A stretch of DNA of 64,000 nt from Eledone cirrhosa (GCA_964016885.1 OZ024749.1:37572001-37636000); one strand, 5' to 3'. Positions 1-15,206 are shown, numbered from the stretch's first letter. Translations and numbers: made by a program. Notes: generated by a model from the letters alone, not told the origin.

Positions 1-96
1 TCTACAAGACTAGAACTGTTTCATTCGTAGGAAATCATCAGGAAATTCTTGATGATATCCTCCGAATGAAACAGTTCTAGTCCCGTAGAAATTATT

Positions 97-100
<4 letters not shown>
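1..100. mobile_element. Family A fold-back element with hammerhead-like core, cut by the window edge
   Basis: Imperfect palindrome 1-44/46-89; minus arm reads aatttc-CTGATGA-tttcctacgaat-GAAAC-agttctagtctt-GTA-ga; followed by (TA)n; homologous to 21431-21623. Confidence 0.7.
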
Positions 101-142
<42 letters not shown>

Positions 143-166
143 GCATATATATATATATGTGTGTGA

Positions 167-217
<51 letters not shown>

Positions 218-559
218 GAACAAATTAAAGTTTAAGCAAAGAATCAGTGCTTTCACCCTTAACAGGATCTTCTGAAACTAAAAAGATCCCTCTGTGGACG
301 CAGAGGTAAATATTTCAAAAAACGTTACATGCGAAGGGAAACGGGAAGATGATACTTTGGTTCGGGAAGATGATACTTTGGTTCGTGAAGACTTTCAGAT
401 CATGACGTATATTATGTGCGTATTGTCCGTATTCTCCGTTAGGGTATTGTGTAGGGCTGTAATACAGGAAGGTTTTATGCAATTTGTGTTTACAAGCCGA
501 AAATGCCTTAGATTTTTATAATCAAGATTTGATTATAGGCGTAGAGTATTTATATATAT

Positions 560-845
<286 letters not shown>

Positions 846-918
846 GTATATATATATATACATATATATATATATACAATATATTAACAAATGGAAACTA
901 TATTTATAAAATCATATG

Positions 919-983
919 TATTTTATTATACATATTTCAAGGGCCCCCAAGGCAAATTATGGTGCGTTTCATCAGATAAAATA
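919..983 (-). ncRNA. Type I hammerhead ribozyme, family C mirror copy
   Basis: Reverse complement: tattttat-CTGATGA-aacgcaccataatttgccttgggggccctt-GAAA-tatgta-TA-ataaaata. Confidence 0.65.
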
Positions 984-1084
984 TAATACAGATTAGTTTT
1001 ATAAATAAATATTGACATACCCTGAACAAAAGACAACCTTAACGGTTGGGGGTTCCTGGATAGTTATAAAACTAATCTGTATTA

Positions 1085-1150
1085 TATTTTATCTGATGAA
1101 AGCGCACCATAATTTGCCTTGGTGGCCCTTGAAATATGTATAATAAAATA
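1085..1150 (+). ncRNA. Type I hammerhead ribozyme, family C
   Basis: 8-bp stem I tattttat/ataaaata, CTGATGA 1093-1099, stem II hairpin, GAAA 1131-1134, minimal stem III, AUA cleavage triplet ending at 1142. Confidence 0.75.
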
Positions 1151-1284
1151 AATATGGTTTTATAAATATAGTTTCCATTTGTTAATATATTGTATATTTA
1201 CTCCACTAACTTGTTGAGTGCTTTATATCAGTTATAAACATTTTTTTTAAGCTTGTTGAATCCCAACAAATTAAATATAACCTC

Positions 1285-1351
<67 letters not shown>

Positions 1352-1353
1352 GT

Positions 1354-1420
<67 letters not shown>

Positions 1421-1524
1421 TTATATGTATATATATATATATTTGCATGCTGAATGTAAAATAACACTAACATATTAATACACAACATCACTAATGTATG
1501 GTAACATTCTTCTCTCTTTTACAG

Positions 1525-1637
1525 ATGCTGAACTAGATCGATTACAAAATCAACAGGCTGCTTTTACAGAATTACATCTACGGGGAGATTTGACCGCCAT
1601 CTACCGGGACAATTTGGCAGTTGTCGGAATGGGATAA
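1525..1637 (+). CDS. Candidate terminal coding exon of an unidentified host gene: (D)AELDRLQNQQAAFTELHLRGDLTAIYRDNLAVVGMG*
   Basis: Branch-like cactaat (~1489), polypyrimidine tract and cag acceptor ending 1524; only one frame open, to TAA 1635-1637; AATAAA at ~1672; non-repetitive coding-like composition. Confidence 0.5.
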
Positions 1638-1746
1638 AACGAGAATGACCTCAACTATGTTAATTATGTTTAATAAATATCATTATAAAAAATACAAATA
1701 AATATGTATATATATTTATATACATCAAAACAGAATATACACCGAC

Positions 1747-1777
<31 letters not shown>

Positions 1778-1795
1778 TGTATGTATGTATGTATG

Positions 1796-1872
<77 letters not shown>

Positions 1873-1912
1873 ATATATATGTATATATATGTATATATAC
1901 ATACCTATATAC

Positions 1913-2011
<99 letters not shown>

Positions 2012-2012
2012 C

Positions 2013-2167
<155 letters not shown>

Positions 2168-2184
2168 CATATATATATATATAA

Positions 2185-2231
<47 letters not shown>

Positions 2232-2481
2232 CATATATATATATAAGTATATACATATATATATGTATATATATATGTATATGTATAATGTACGCTCGCG
2301 TGCATGGAATGAGACGCGAAGGGGAAATGTGTTTTAATGAAATAACTTAATGAATCAGTCGGCGAAACAATATCATGGCAGCCTATCGTATGTATACACA
2401 TATACACATACTTACACTCACACGTACACACATTCACTCACTCACATTATACATGTATATATATGAATGTGTATATATATG

Positions 2482-2550
<69 letters not shown>

Positions 2551-2649
2551 GTATGTATGTATGTATGTATATTTATAGATGTATATATATATATATATAT
2601 ACATATATATATGTATATAAATATATATATATATACATATATATATATT

Positions 2650-2751
<102 letters not shown>

Positions 2752-3470
2752 TACAGAGGGAGAGAGAGATATATATTGAGAGAGAGAGTGACAGAGAGCC
2801 AGAGAGAGAGAGCGAGATGTGTGTGCGTGTGTGTGTGTGTGTGTGTGCATTTGTGTATATATGTATGTGTGTGCCTTTATTCATTTAAAAAATGTAACGA
2901 AAAACATTGATTGAAACAGAACTCAATACGTGAAGTGGATTGAAATATAATTTTGATTCTATTGATTATATCTGTAATCAGAATATCTGGCGAAAGATCT
3001 AGAACAATGGGTGTTTAACTCTTTTATAACTCGCAGAATCTCCAAAAATATAATATACATACAGCATGACTTGATCAATGAAATTTTGTTGTCATGGTCT
3101 TTCTTTCCCTCGTTCTGACCCCCCCGGGTAGCAGATTTCAGGACGATGTGACCCCATGGAGAGAAATATTATTATGGAACCTCAAATCACATGGAAACAA
3201 TTTTGGCAGTAAGCATTGAATTAGCCGTCGCAGGGCCCAAAATGTTTAATACGTAACCCTAAATGGCTGAAATGAAAACGAAGAATTCTGTAGAACCCAG
3301 CAATTCTGTGGAATCTATGGTCAGGGGACCAGATAAGCCACGTGACTTTTGTCTTGCTAAGATAATCCAATTTGAAACAGTTTTAACAAGTTACATTTCT
3401 GATTTAAAGAAAATTAAATTATTTATATGCTACCTTCACAAATGATTTCTTTTTCCTGAATATTATCATT

Positions 3471-3566
<96 letters not shown>

Positions 3567-3568
<2 letters not shown>

Positions 3569-3741
3569 CGAAGGAAATGTGGTAAGGAACCAGGTGGACC
3601 ATAACACACCAAAGTACTCAATACTTAGGGTAGTAGAGTGGGTAATAGGAACGAGTAGGACCCCGACGACTGAGCTCAGTCCAGAATTAGCCGTCGAAAC
3701 GGCTTGAGCTCAGCCGTTCAGCCGTTGGGGTCCTACTCGTT

Positions 3742-3744
<3 letters not shown>
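3567..3744. mobile_element. Family B fold-back element
   Basis: Long arm on minus plus inverted short arm, with a small internal duplication cagccgtt; (TA)n flanks. Confidence 0.9.
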
Positions 3745-3774
<30 letters not shown>

Positions 3775-3832
3775 AAAGTTATATTTAAATTGTTGGGTTA
3801 CAACTAGTAAATATTTATAACTGTCTATATTG

Positions 3833-3898
3833 TATTTTGTCTGAGGAAGGCATAGCATATTGTTAATATGATATCCCTGAAATATATATAATGAAATA
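3833..3898 (+). ncRNA. Hammerhead ribozyme, family C (element ~3772-3932)
   Basis: tattttgt-CTGAGGA-aggcatagcatattgttaatatgatatccct-GAAA-tatata-TA-atgaaata. Confidence 0.65.
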
Positions 3899-3928
3899 AA
3901 TATGGTTTTATAAATATAGTTTCCATTT

Positions 3929-4037
<109 letters not shown>

Positions 4038-4257
4038 ATATATATTGGTAAAGATCGGGGCTCGACGGCTGAACTCTTGCCTTTTCAACAGCTAGTTCCA
4101 GATTCTATGTTTCGAATACTCTGTTGAATAATGGTCTAAGCAGGTTACAACTGGTTTAATACGTATATTTACTCCACAAGCTGTTCAGTGCTTTATATCA
4201 GTTATAAATATAAAAATGTTTAAGTTTGTTGAATCCCAACAAATTAAATATAACCTC

Positions 4258-4313
<56 letters not shown>

Positions 4314-4651
4314 AATGTGTGTGTGTGTTTGTATACATGTATGTATGTATATACACACGCACTCACTCATGCACACACGCACATATACATATATATCCCT
4401 CCATACATACATTCATACATAAATACATATTCCTAATCCCTGCTGAATCTGCCTCAAGAGAATGAGATTAACAAACTTATTCCTTGGAATTGTCGAATAT
4501 ATATAATAAGAGATATCATGAATCACATTAGAGATAATCTATGGAGATCGATTAAAGTTGAATGATACGGACGTTGAAGAAATTGGAAAGAATAATATAA
4601 ATATATATATATATATATATATACGTATATATATATATTTATGTATATATA

Positions 4652-4780
<129 letters not shown>

Positions 4781-4950
4781 ATATATTGTGTGTGTGTACG
4801 TGTATTTTGGTGCCCTGATGTATATGTATATTTCTTTCTTACCACACACTTACACATACATGTGCACACACATGTAAATATATATATATTTATATGTATA
4901 TGTGTACATATATTCGTATAAATATATATATACACATACATATATATATA

Positions 4951-5026
<76 letters not shown>

Positions 5027-5147
5027 TATATAAGTATATATATGCATATATATATATTTAAGTATATATATATATGCATACATATATATAAGTATATATA
5101 TATATAAGTATATATATATATATATACTTATATAAATATATATACTT

Positions 5148-5268
<121 letters not shown>

Positions 5269-6163
5269 TATATACTTACATATATATATGTGTCTGTATG
5301 TATTTGTCTCTAACATGACTACATACCCAAAAAAGAGTACATGAACCTCCTTGTACTCACCCCATCTACCCCCCTCATCAATACACCTCATTTACAGAGT
5401 CCCTATTATTCCTTTTCTCTCTGTTTTTTGCCCCTATTTGAAACCATGAAAACCACTCTCTAACTCAGAGCCTACAATCTCATTGTGGGCCCATAGTGAT
5501 GGTGGCAGTATGATATTGCCCGGATGTAGCTAATTGGCAGACAGACATTGCTCCAATGTTATGTTACTGTTCTTCCCTTTTTCTTTAAGACTCTAATATT
5601 ATATTATATTATATTATATTATATTATATTATATTATATTATATTATATTGTATCATATTATATATTATTATTTTGTATTATATATTATTATTTTTTTTT
5701 TTCATTTATTATTTTGTCTTCATAGACTTGCGTTTTGATCTGAAAAATTTTTTGTTGTTTTTTTTTCTCCTGTTGTGAATGTCAATGAATTAAATATACT
5801 TGATAAATCCACAAAAAATATACTTCTTGACTTGTTTTTTTTTACTATTTCTTATTTTCATTTTATTGTTGTTTTAGTTAAGTGATTTTTAAACATATAT
5901 ATATATTTTTTTTTTTTTCTGCCGATACTCTTTAGAAAAAGTAAAAATATTTTGGTGCCTTTTATACCTAAATTCGTGATTTAATTCATGAGAGGTTTTC
6001 TTCATATTAACCTAGTATAAAGTAGAAATATAAATATAAATATAGAGGTAGGAATTTAAATTATTATAAAGCAGAACAAAATATTTGTGCTTCCTTCTTT
6101 ACTTAGAACATACATCCAAATCCTTCATACTGTATATGTCAATAAATAAAATATCTACACACT

Positions 6164-6307
<144 letters not shown>

Positions 6308-6394
6308 CAATCAAATATGAAATTTGTATAAATTTATTGAAAGCTAACAAATTTCTACAAATTTCATACTTGACGATCTAATATATACATATTT

Positions 6395-6510
6395 AATATA
6401 GAAATGGCTTCTACAGAACTACAACTGTTTCATTCGGAAGAAATCACCAAGAATGCATTATATAATAAATATTTATACTCTGTTATGTATTGAGTACCCG
6501 GGATAAACAT
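6395..6510. mobile_element. Family A degenerate copy
   Basis: ttctacagaactacaactgtttcattcggaagaaatca plus tail tatactctgttatgtattgagtacccgggataa, then (TA)n. Confidence 0.6.
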
Positions 6511-6765
6511 ATATATATATATATATATTCAGTTAACCTCGACACTGTGTATCTATCTGTAGATCCAGTCATCAGTTACACACTGAGTTTATCTATCCAG
6601 TCAATATCTCCACTTTAAATCTCTATCTCTGTATTTAACCAACATCTACACACTGTGTCTTTCTATTATATCCAGTGAACATCTATTGACGGGGAGAGTA
6701 AAAACACAGATAAAAATCATTTGTATTTCTTTTTTTTAATCATTAAATGGCGCAACATTATTAAT

Positions 6766-7160
6766 GAGAGTGGATTGGCAGTATCGGTAGAGGGTCGGAC
6801 GCCATGCTTTCCAGCATAGAGTTACGTCCCTTACCATTCTGAGTTCAAATCCCTCCGAGGTTAACTTTGTCTTTCATCCTTACGGGGTCGATAAAATAAA
6901 GTACCAGTAATGTACTGGGTAATTGTTGGCCTTGTGCCTAACATAGAAACAATTATTAATGAGAGGGGCGGTGGATTTTCAGTATCGGTAGAGGGTCGGA
7001 CGCCATGTTTTGAAGCATAGAGTTATGACCCTTGCCATTCTGAGTTCAAATCCCGCCGTGGTTAACTTTGCCTTTCATCCTTACGGGGTCAATAAAATAA
7101 AGTACCAGTAATGCATTGGGGTATTTGTTGGCCTTGTGCCAAGAGTAGAAACAATTATGA
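6766..7160 (+). mobile_element. Two tandem copies of tRNA-derived SINE (family S1)
   Basis: A-box-like tggcagtatcggtag, B-box gagttcaaatcc, core ctttgcctttcatccttacggggtcgataaaataaagtaccag, (att)n tail. Confidence 0.9.
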
Positions 7161-7373
7161 ATAAGAAACATGTTTTTGGTGTTTTTCTGGCAATGTTTTC
7201 ATTCTTAATTTACTTATTTGACTCTTACACAGATATATACGAACTTTGTTAAGGATTTCAATTTGTATTTTTCTCATTTTGAAATAGAAGCGTGCTATTT
7301 CGCAGCACATCTATTTACATACTCTGGTTCTAATAATTATATATCGAGGCACATCTAAGTATATACACATAAT

Positions 7374-7419
<46 letters not shown>

Positions 7420-7422
<3 letters not shown>

Positions 7423-7610
7423 GGTGGCTGCCAACTCGTTTTCGAGTACGGCCACTACTTTATATCCATGTAGGAGAACTCCTACCGATGCGCTGAACGA
7501 GTGTGACTTTTTAGTCCAGCCAGCGACTTGAAAACTCTGGTACAAACACTACACTTGTGACAATTATTGACACATAGTGCTGGGCCCATGGTACCATGTG
7601 ACGACAAGTG

Positions 7611-7612
<2 letters not shown>
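7420..7612 (-). mobile_element. 5'-truncated RTE-type LINE 3' end with C-terminal zinc finger
   Basis: Minus frame HKCSVCTRVFKSLAGLKSHTRSAHR* followed by a short 3' UTR; such C2H2-like ends are typical of RTE ORFs. Confidence 0.65.
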
Positions 7613-8036
<424 letters not shown>

Positions 8037-8067
8037 GAGTGGTTACACAACAGTTAGTTCACCATAC

Positions 8068-8105
8068 CGAGAACAATTGTTTCACCTTACCGGATCCTCA
8101 GCTCA
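8068..8105 (-). ncRNA. Minimal hammerhead ribozyme, family G
   Basis: Reverse complement: tgag-CTGAGGA-tccggtaaggt-GAAAC-aatt-GTT-ctcg; palindromic stem III ACAATTGT; homologous to 29827-29865. Confidence 0.65.
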
Positions 8106-8211
8106 TAATGGACATGGTTATACGGAACAGGAAGGACAACCGTACAAGCGCGCATGCGCAGAAACGATCACTTCACACAGGCAATACTAAATTGCTAAAT
8201 TACTAAATAAG

Positions 8212-8566
8212 TTTGAAGAACAGTCAGACAAAATGTATCCAATTCTTTTTCCTCCTTAGTCCGTAGAAATCAACCAGATAAATAATCATTTAAACGGAGC
8301 TTAAAGTTTGAAGTTTTTCTTCAAACTTACATTTTAGACTTAGCTCCGTTTAATTGATTATTTGTCTAGTTAATTTCTACGGACTAAAAGGAAAGACTAG
8401 GTAAATTTTATCTGACTGTTCCTCACAGAGGAAAGTCTGTGACATTTATCTGTTATTTCTTCAAAATTACATTTTAAACTTAGCTTTAAATGATTATTTA
8501 TATAGTTGATTTCTACGGACTAAGGAGGAAAAGAATTGGATACATTTTGTCTGACTGTTCTTCAAA
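8212..8566. repeat. ~100-bp unit present as one inverted and two direct copies
   Basis: ttctacggactaaggaggaaaagaattggatacattttgtctgactgttc at ~8317-8421 and 8457-8566; reverse complement at 8212-8301. Confidence 0.75.
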
Positions 8567-8860
8567 TTCATAATTTTATATAGCTCTGATTAATAATTAT
8601 TTGCTTAATTCATTTTTTCATAGAGCCATACCGTTGAAGGTAGCCACACTCATATATGTATCTGTGACTATGTCTAAATATATACATATATGTCCTTCTG
8701 TATATATATATAACCAATCAGATTACATTTTTTTAGAAAAAGCCTTCGTGAGCCCCTTTTTTTAAAGTAAAAAGTAATTCAAACACTCATATATGAAAAA
8801 ACAACCTGAGCATCCCCCCCCCCCCACCACACCTTGTTTGAAGAACTTTGTAACGCGAAC

Positions 8861-8976
8861 TGGCGCGAAATTTATTATACTTATTGACCAACCAATCAAA
8901 TTACTTCTCTAAAAACCTGGCGTTTCGAGCCACTTTTTTCCATATAAAACAAGTAACATTCAGAGTCCAACCAGAT
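8861..8976 (+). promoter_or_regulatory. Candidate Pol II promoter of family H (E2F-like, CCAAT, TATA, Inr-like)
   Basis: tggcgcgaaa 8861-8870, CCAAT 8892-8896, TATAAAA 8943-8949, ccAgat with A8973 30 nt after the first T of TATA. Confidence 0.5.
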
Positions 8977-9011
8977 GTGAGAAAAACCACAGACCCTGCA
9001 TCTCAACTCTA

Positions 9012-9047
9012 CTTTTGAAAAGCAGAATAAGTGCGAAACCGGTAAAG
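9012..9047 (+). ncRNA. Candidate hammerhead with U3-A8 core variant, family H
   Basis: ctt-TTGAAAA-gca gaataag tgc-GAAAC-cg-GTA-aag. Confidence 0.45.
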
Positions 9048-9183
9048 GAACCAAATAAATATATATATTTTTTTTAAAATAAGACTCCAGTTGCATTTTC
9101 GATTTCATCTTTTTTTCTTTATACTTTCACTCGTGTAGGACACCTCGGTTATTTTTCATTTTGTAAAAAAACCTCACTTTCTA

Positions 9184-9227
<44 letters not shown>

Positions 9228-9229
<2 letters not shown>

Positions 9230-9367
9230 CGAAGGAAATGTGGTAAGGAACCAGGTGAACCATAACGCACCAAAGTACTCAATACTTAGGGTAGTAGAGT
9301 GGGTAATAGGAACGAGTAGGACCCCGACGGCTGAGCTCAAGCCGTTTCGACGGCTAATTCTGGACTG
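9228..9367 (-). mobile_element. Family B element, single long arm
   Basis: Consensus family B sequence between (TA)n tracts, ending at tggact. Confidence 0.9.
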
Positions 9368-10325
9368 TATATATATATATATGGGGCGGAGGTCGGTGTG
9401 TCTGTTTATGTAATGGATGGTCTTCAGTACCGTTTCCATCTGCCAATGCACATAGCTGAACCCACTCAAAGCTATAATACAAATCAACTTGATCATGGTT
9501 CCCCGCATTAGGACTAAACCCTAAACACGTCGTTGCGAAGCGAACTCCTTAACAATGCCTCCATGCCATGCTAGGTTCAAAACAAAACGAAACAAAGATT
9601 CAAGAAAGCCACAAGGTATCCTAATCCGGGTAGAAATGAGACTACTGTCTAGCATATATGTCGACAGAGAATCAGCGGAGCGACGATCAGGATCATTGTC
9701 AGAAAGTATCATTGAATGTTGTTTTACTAAACACTAAACACAATTGAGATTTACTGCTGTGAAGCGGTGACAGCAAAGTTGTGATTTACATGACATGGTG
9801 GTTTACTCTCATGGGAAATAGTTTGTTAAAGGATCAACTAATGAGACTCATTAGTTCAGTTAGAGTTTACATATTTAATACCAGGCTATTCCAAGGGACC
9901 TTCATACCTTCAGTAGTCGTTAGGGCGCCGATGATGCCAATGGCATGCCTTCGGCATTTAAATCTAACGAACCTCGTCCATCTCCATATCTGAATACAAC
10001 TGATTTCTTCCAGAGAAATATTAGAGTAATTAGGAGGAAAATAAGAAAGAAACGACCTAGTTTACAACTGGTACTTTATTTACCCTGAAGAATGACAGGC
10101 ACGGTAGGCGTCAGTTGGGTTTGAAAGCAAGTCACCTAGAGCCTACAAGATACTGCAAACCATACTGTCTGGTATTCTAACGGCTCTCTCACGGCCTATA
10201 TTTAAGCTGGGGTACATTAAAGTGTTAACTAGAATTAAATACGCATATACACTCACAGATACACACATACACATATACACATATGAACATATATTATATA
10301 TATACGCATATATATTATAAATATA

Positions 10326-10483
10326 CGCCATGCTTTGACGCATAGAGTTACGGCCCTTGTTATTCTGAGTTCAAATCCCGCCGAGGTTAACTTTGCCTTT
10401 CATCCTTACGGGGTCGATAAAATAAAGTACCAGTAATGCACTGGGGAATTTTGCTGGCCTTGTGCCAAAAGTAGAAACAATTA
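10326..10483 (+). mobile_element. S1 SINE, 5'-truncated
   Basis: B-box gagttcaaatcc plus S1 core and tail. Confidence 0.85.
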
Positions 10484-10517
10484 TATATATACGCATATAT
10501 ATATATGTATGTATATG

Positions 10518-10560
<43 letters not shown>

Positions 10561-10587
10561 GCATATATGTATATATATTCACACATA

Positions 10588-10773
<186 letters not shown>

Positions 10774-11135
10774 TACACAGAGAGGGTTCTGGAAGAAGAG
10801 GCGATGTCCCAAAGGTTGTTTTTAAATTATAAACAACTATCCATTAAGCAGGAAATGTGTAATTAGATAGAAAGTGATATAGAAAGATCTAGAGAGAGAG
10901 AAAGAGAGAGGGAAGGGGGCGATCAGAGAGGGATAGAGTGATGTGAGAGTAGATAGCGTTATGTTATAAACGAGATAATGAGTGAAAGAGAGAGAGGGGG
11001 TCAAAGAGGGCTAGAGAGAGGTGTGAAAGATTTGTGTTACGTGATAAACAAAGCAATGAGCAGGAAATGTGTAATCAACTTGCAAAGTGTTTTCCATTGT
11101 AGTGAAATCAACAGCGTGAAATGTTGCAGTTGTAC

Positions 11136-11198
<63 letters not shown>

Positions 11199-11243
11199 TG
11201 TTGTTGTTGTAGTAGTAGTAAGGTATAAGGAGGTTATATAGTG

Positions 11244-11308
<65 letters not shown>

Positions 11309-11319
11309 TATATACTATA

Positions 11320-11424
<105 letters not shown>

Positions 11425-11522
11425 CATATACATACACATATATATACACTATATATATACATTATATAGTGTATATATGTATGTATGTATATGTATATAT
11501 ATATATATATATTGTATATATA

Positions 11523-11564
<42 letters not shown>

Positions 11565-11689
11565 AAGATACTCACAGCATGATGATGTTGATGATGTTGA
11601 TGATGATGATGGTGGTGGTGGGACCAATTTGATAAGTCGCTGATGGTGATGGCATAGTTTGTGGTAGACGTGGTGGTGGTGGTTGTGGT

Positions 11690-13060
11690 GGTGGTGGTTG
11701 TGGTAATGGTCTTTGTTGCAAGATGGCGGTGATTGTGGTGGTAACTGTAGTGGTTGAGGTGGTTGTTGTAGTGGTTGAGGTGGTTGTAGTGGTGGTTGTA
11801 GTGGTTGTTGTAGTGGTAGTGGTGGTGGTGGTAGTGGTAATGGTCTTTGTTGCAAGATGGCGGTGATTGTGGTGGTAACTGTAGTGGTTGAGGTGGTTGT
11901 TGTAGTGGTTGAGGTGGTTGTAGTGGTGGTTGTAGTGGTAGTGGTGGTGGTGGTGGTTGTGGTAATGGTCTTTGTTGCAAGATGGCGGTGATTGTGGTGG
12001 TAACTGTAGTGGTTGAGGTGGTTGTTGTAGTGGTTGTAGTGGTTGTAGTGGTGGTTGTAGTGGTAGTAGTGGTGGTGGTGGTAGTGGTAATGGTCTTTGT
12101 TGCAAGATGGCGGTGATTGTGGTTGTAACTGTAGTGGTTGAGGTGGTTGTTGTAGTGGTTGAGGTGGTTGTAGTGGTGGTTGTAGTGGTGGTTGTAGTTG
12201 TAGTGGTGGTGGTGGTAGTGGTAATGGTCTTTGTTGCAAGATGGCGGTGATTGTGGTGGTAACTGTAGTGGTTGAGGTGGTTGTTGTAGTGGTTGAGGTG
12301 GTTGTAGTGGTGGTTGTAGTGGTAGTGGTGGTGGTGGTGGTAGTGGTAATGGTCTTTGTTGCAAGATGGCGGTGATTGTGGTGGTAACTGTAGTGGTTGA
12401 GGTGGTTGTTGTAGTGGTTGAGGTTGTTGTAGTGGTGGTTGTAGTGGTGGTTGTAGTGGTAGTAGTGGTGGTGGTGGTAGTGGTAATGGTCTTTGTTGCA
12501 AGATGGCGGTGATTGTGGTGGTAACTGTAGTGGTTGAGGTGGTTGTTGTAGTGGTTGAGGTGGTTGTAGTGGTGGTTGTAGTGGTAGTGGTGGTAGTGGT
12601 AATGGTCTTTGTTGCAAGATGGCGGTGATTGCGGTGGTAACTGTAGTGGTTGAGGTGGTTGTTGTAGTGGTTGTAGTGGTTGTAGTGGTGGTTGTAGTGG
12701 TAGTGGTAGTGGTGGTGGCGGTGGTAGTGATAATGATCTTTGTTGCAAGATGGCGGTGATTGTGGTGGTAACTGTAGTGGTTGAGGTGGTTGTTGTAGTG
12801 GTTGTAGTGGTTGTAGTGGTGGTTGTAGTGGTAGTGGTAGTGGTGGTGGTGGTGGTAGTGATAATGATCTTTGTTGCAAGATGGCGGTGATTGTGGTGGT
12901 AACTGTAGTGGTTGAGGTGGTTGTTGTAGTGGTTGAGGTGGTTGTAGTGGTGGTTGTAGTGGTGGTTGTAGTGGTGGTTGTAGTGGTGGTTGTAGTGGTG
13001 GTTGTAGTGGTGGTTGTAGTGGTGGTTGTAGTGGTAGTGGTGGTGGTGGTAGTGGCTGTT
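11690..13060. repeat. Minisatellite, ~10 units of ~116-136 bp built on (GTG/GTA/GTT)n
   Basis: Anchor ctttgttgcaagatggcggtgattg recurs 10 times. Confidence 0.95.
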
Positions 13061-13510
13061 GTGTCGAAGTTGATTGTTGTAAGCCGTGGTGACGTTAGTT
13101 TCATATATTGAAATACATTAATATCTAAACAAACAAATATATAATTATATCAATAAATAGAGTGAGCTTCATGGTTTTGTAGATATGTGGGTAGATGGAG
13201 GGGTGGAGGGATTTGGAGGGTGGAGGGGCGCACTGGGTAAGGTACTGTAAAGACGGGTGGTGGTGCGTGTAAGGGTGGGGGTGTTGTCTCACCAAGACGG
13301 CGCCACGCCACAATACTGTAGGAATGGCTGCTATGTAAGAATTAAAGCAATCAAATAATGTTGATGATGATGATGATGATGATGATGACGATGATTATTA
13401 TTATTATTATTATTATTATGATGATGATGATGGTGATGATGATAATGACGATTATTATTATTATTATTATTATTATTTCGATGATGATGATGATGATGAT
13501 TATTATATTA

Positions 13511-14255
13511 TTACGGGGTCGATAAAATAAAGTACCAGTAATGTACTGGGGTAATTGCTGGCCTTGTGCCTAAAGTAGAAACAATTATTATTATTATTAT
13601 TATTATTATGATGATGATGATGATGATGGTGATAATGTTTTCTTACATAGGCACAAGGCCATCAATTTTGGGGAGGGAAAAGTCGATTAAATCGACCCCC
13701 AGTCCGTGACAGGTACTTTATTTTATCGACCCCCCCCCCCGTAAGGATGAAAAGCGGGTTTTGAACTCAGATCATAAAGGGTCGCAACTCTATGCTGCAA
13801 AGCATAGCGTCCGACCCTCTACCGATACTACCAATCCACCTCTCTTATGATGATGATGATATTTATTTCTACTTTTGGCACAAGGCCAGCAATTATTTCA
13901 GTGCATTACTGGTATTTTATTTTACCGACCGCCCGTAAGGAATGAAGGGCAAAGTTAATCTCAGCGGGATTTGAACTCAGACCGTAAAGGGCCGCAACTC
14001 TATGCTGCAAAGCATGGTGTCCGACTCTCTACAGATAATAATTGTTTCTACTTTTGGCACAAGGCCAGCAATTTTGGGGGAGATGAGAAAGTCGATCAAA
14101 TCGAACCCCAGTGCATTACTGGTACTTTAATTTATCGACCACGTAAGGATGCTTGGTAAAGCTAATCTCAGCGGGGTTTGAATTTAGAACGTTAAAGGGC
14201 CGTAACTACATGCAGTATAACATTTTGTCCGATGCTCTACCGATTCTGCCAATCC
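13511..14255 (-). mobile_element. Cluster of S1 SINEs (one + fragment 13511-13590, three minus copies) in (GAT/ATT)n
   Basis: Reverse-complement S1 cores at ~13635-13842, 13862-14035, 14038-14255. Confidence 0.85.
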
Positions 14256-14549
14256 TTCAACCAATGATAATAATATTAATAATATTAATTCTTTATTGTT
14301 GCCACTAGGCTGGCATATGAAGGGACATTACAGGAAGAGTTTACAAAATGTGTGTGTATATGGGTGTATTTGTGTGTGTATGTGTGTGTGGTGTGTTTGT
14401 GTGTGCGTGTGTGAGGAGGTGGAGTATTACGTTGATGTACATCGATATCGAACGGAGGTGATTGGTGCCACACTGTCGGTATTCCATGAAATGTAACATA
14501 CTCACAATTCAAGATGAAACAGCGACATTTTTACAGCAACAATATCAAA

Positions 14550-15155
14550 AACATCACCACCACCACCACCACTACCACCGCCACCAACACGACCACCACC
14601 ACCACCGTAAGCCCGCCGTAGTCAGGACAATCACAACCACCATTACCACCACCACCACCACCACCACCACCACCAGCACACCCACCGCCAAAACTTTTAC
14701 CACTGACATCACTAGCCCCAACATCAACACTAACCCCCCCACACACACACACACGCACATACAACACCATCAACATCACTACTACTACCACCAATACTAC
14801 CACCACCACCCACCCCCGAATCCGTCACCACTAACATCACTAACACCATTACCAACACTACAACTGCAGCAACCACCACCAACACCACCAGCACCACCAC
14901 AACCACCACCACCACCAAACCACCACCACCACCACCACCACCACCACCACCACCACCACCACCTCGACCAACCCCAAACCACCACAACCACCACCACCAC
15001 CACACCACCACCATCCCCAACAACAACAACAACTAGAAAAACAACAATAGCATTAACAACAACAATAAAAACCACAAGAAATATATATATGATGCTAAAT
15101 GTTTATAATTTCCGTAAAGGTATTAATAGCAAATATCAAAGACATACCTGTCTAA

Positions 15156-15206
<51 letters not shown>

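Larger units (their letters stand above)
875..1288. mobile_element. Family C fold-back element (arms 875-1004/1064-1194, 3' tail 1195-1288)
   Basis: Inverted arms each carrying a hammerhead; extra tail on the + arm; (TA)n on both sides; relatives at 3772, 4160, 22790, 34052, 35085. Confidence 0.85.
8860..9184 (+). mobile_element. Family H element, single arm with upstream promoter-like region
   Basis: 8973-9184 nearly identical to 42049-42262; ends in (TA)n. Confidence 0.85.

Noticed and set aside
342-385. 21-bp tandem duplication in the 75-aa ORF
   Set aside because: Simple local duplication; no evidence the ORF is real
6766-7160. tRNA genes
   Set aside because: A/B boxes belong to SINE heads followed by SINE core and tail; no cloverleaf
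11690-13060. CRISPR-like repeat/spacer appearance
   Set aside because: Spacers are near-identical low-complexity sequence; eukaryotic context; no cas genes
11462-13104. 363-510 aa ORFs in three minus frames
   Set aside because: All three frames are open because of a trinucleotide-based minisatellite; no coding signal
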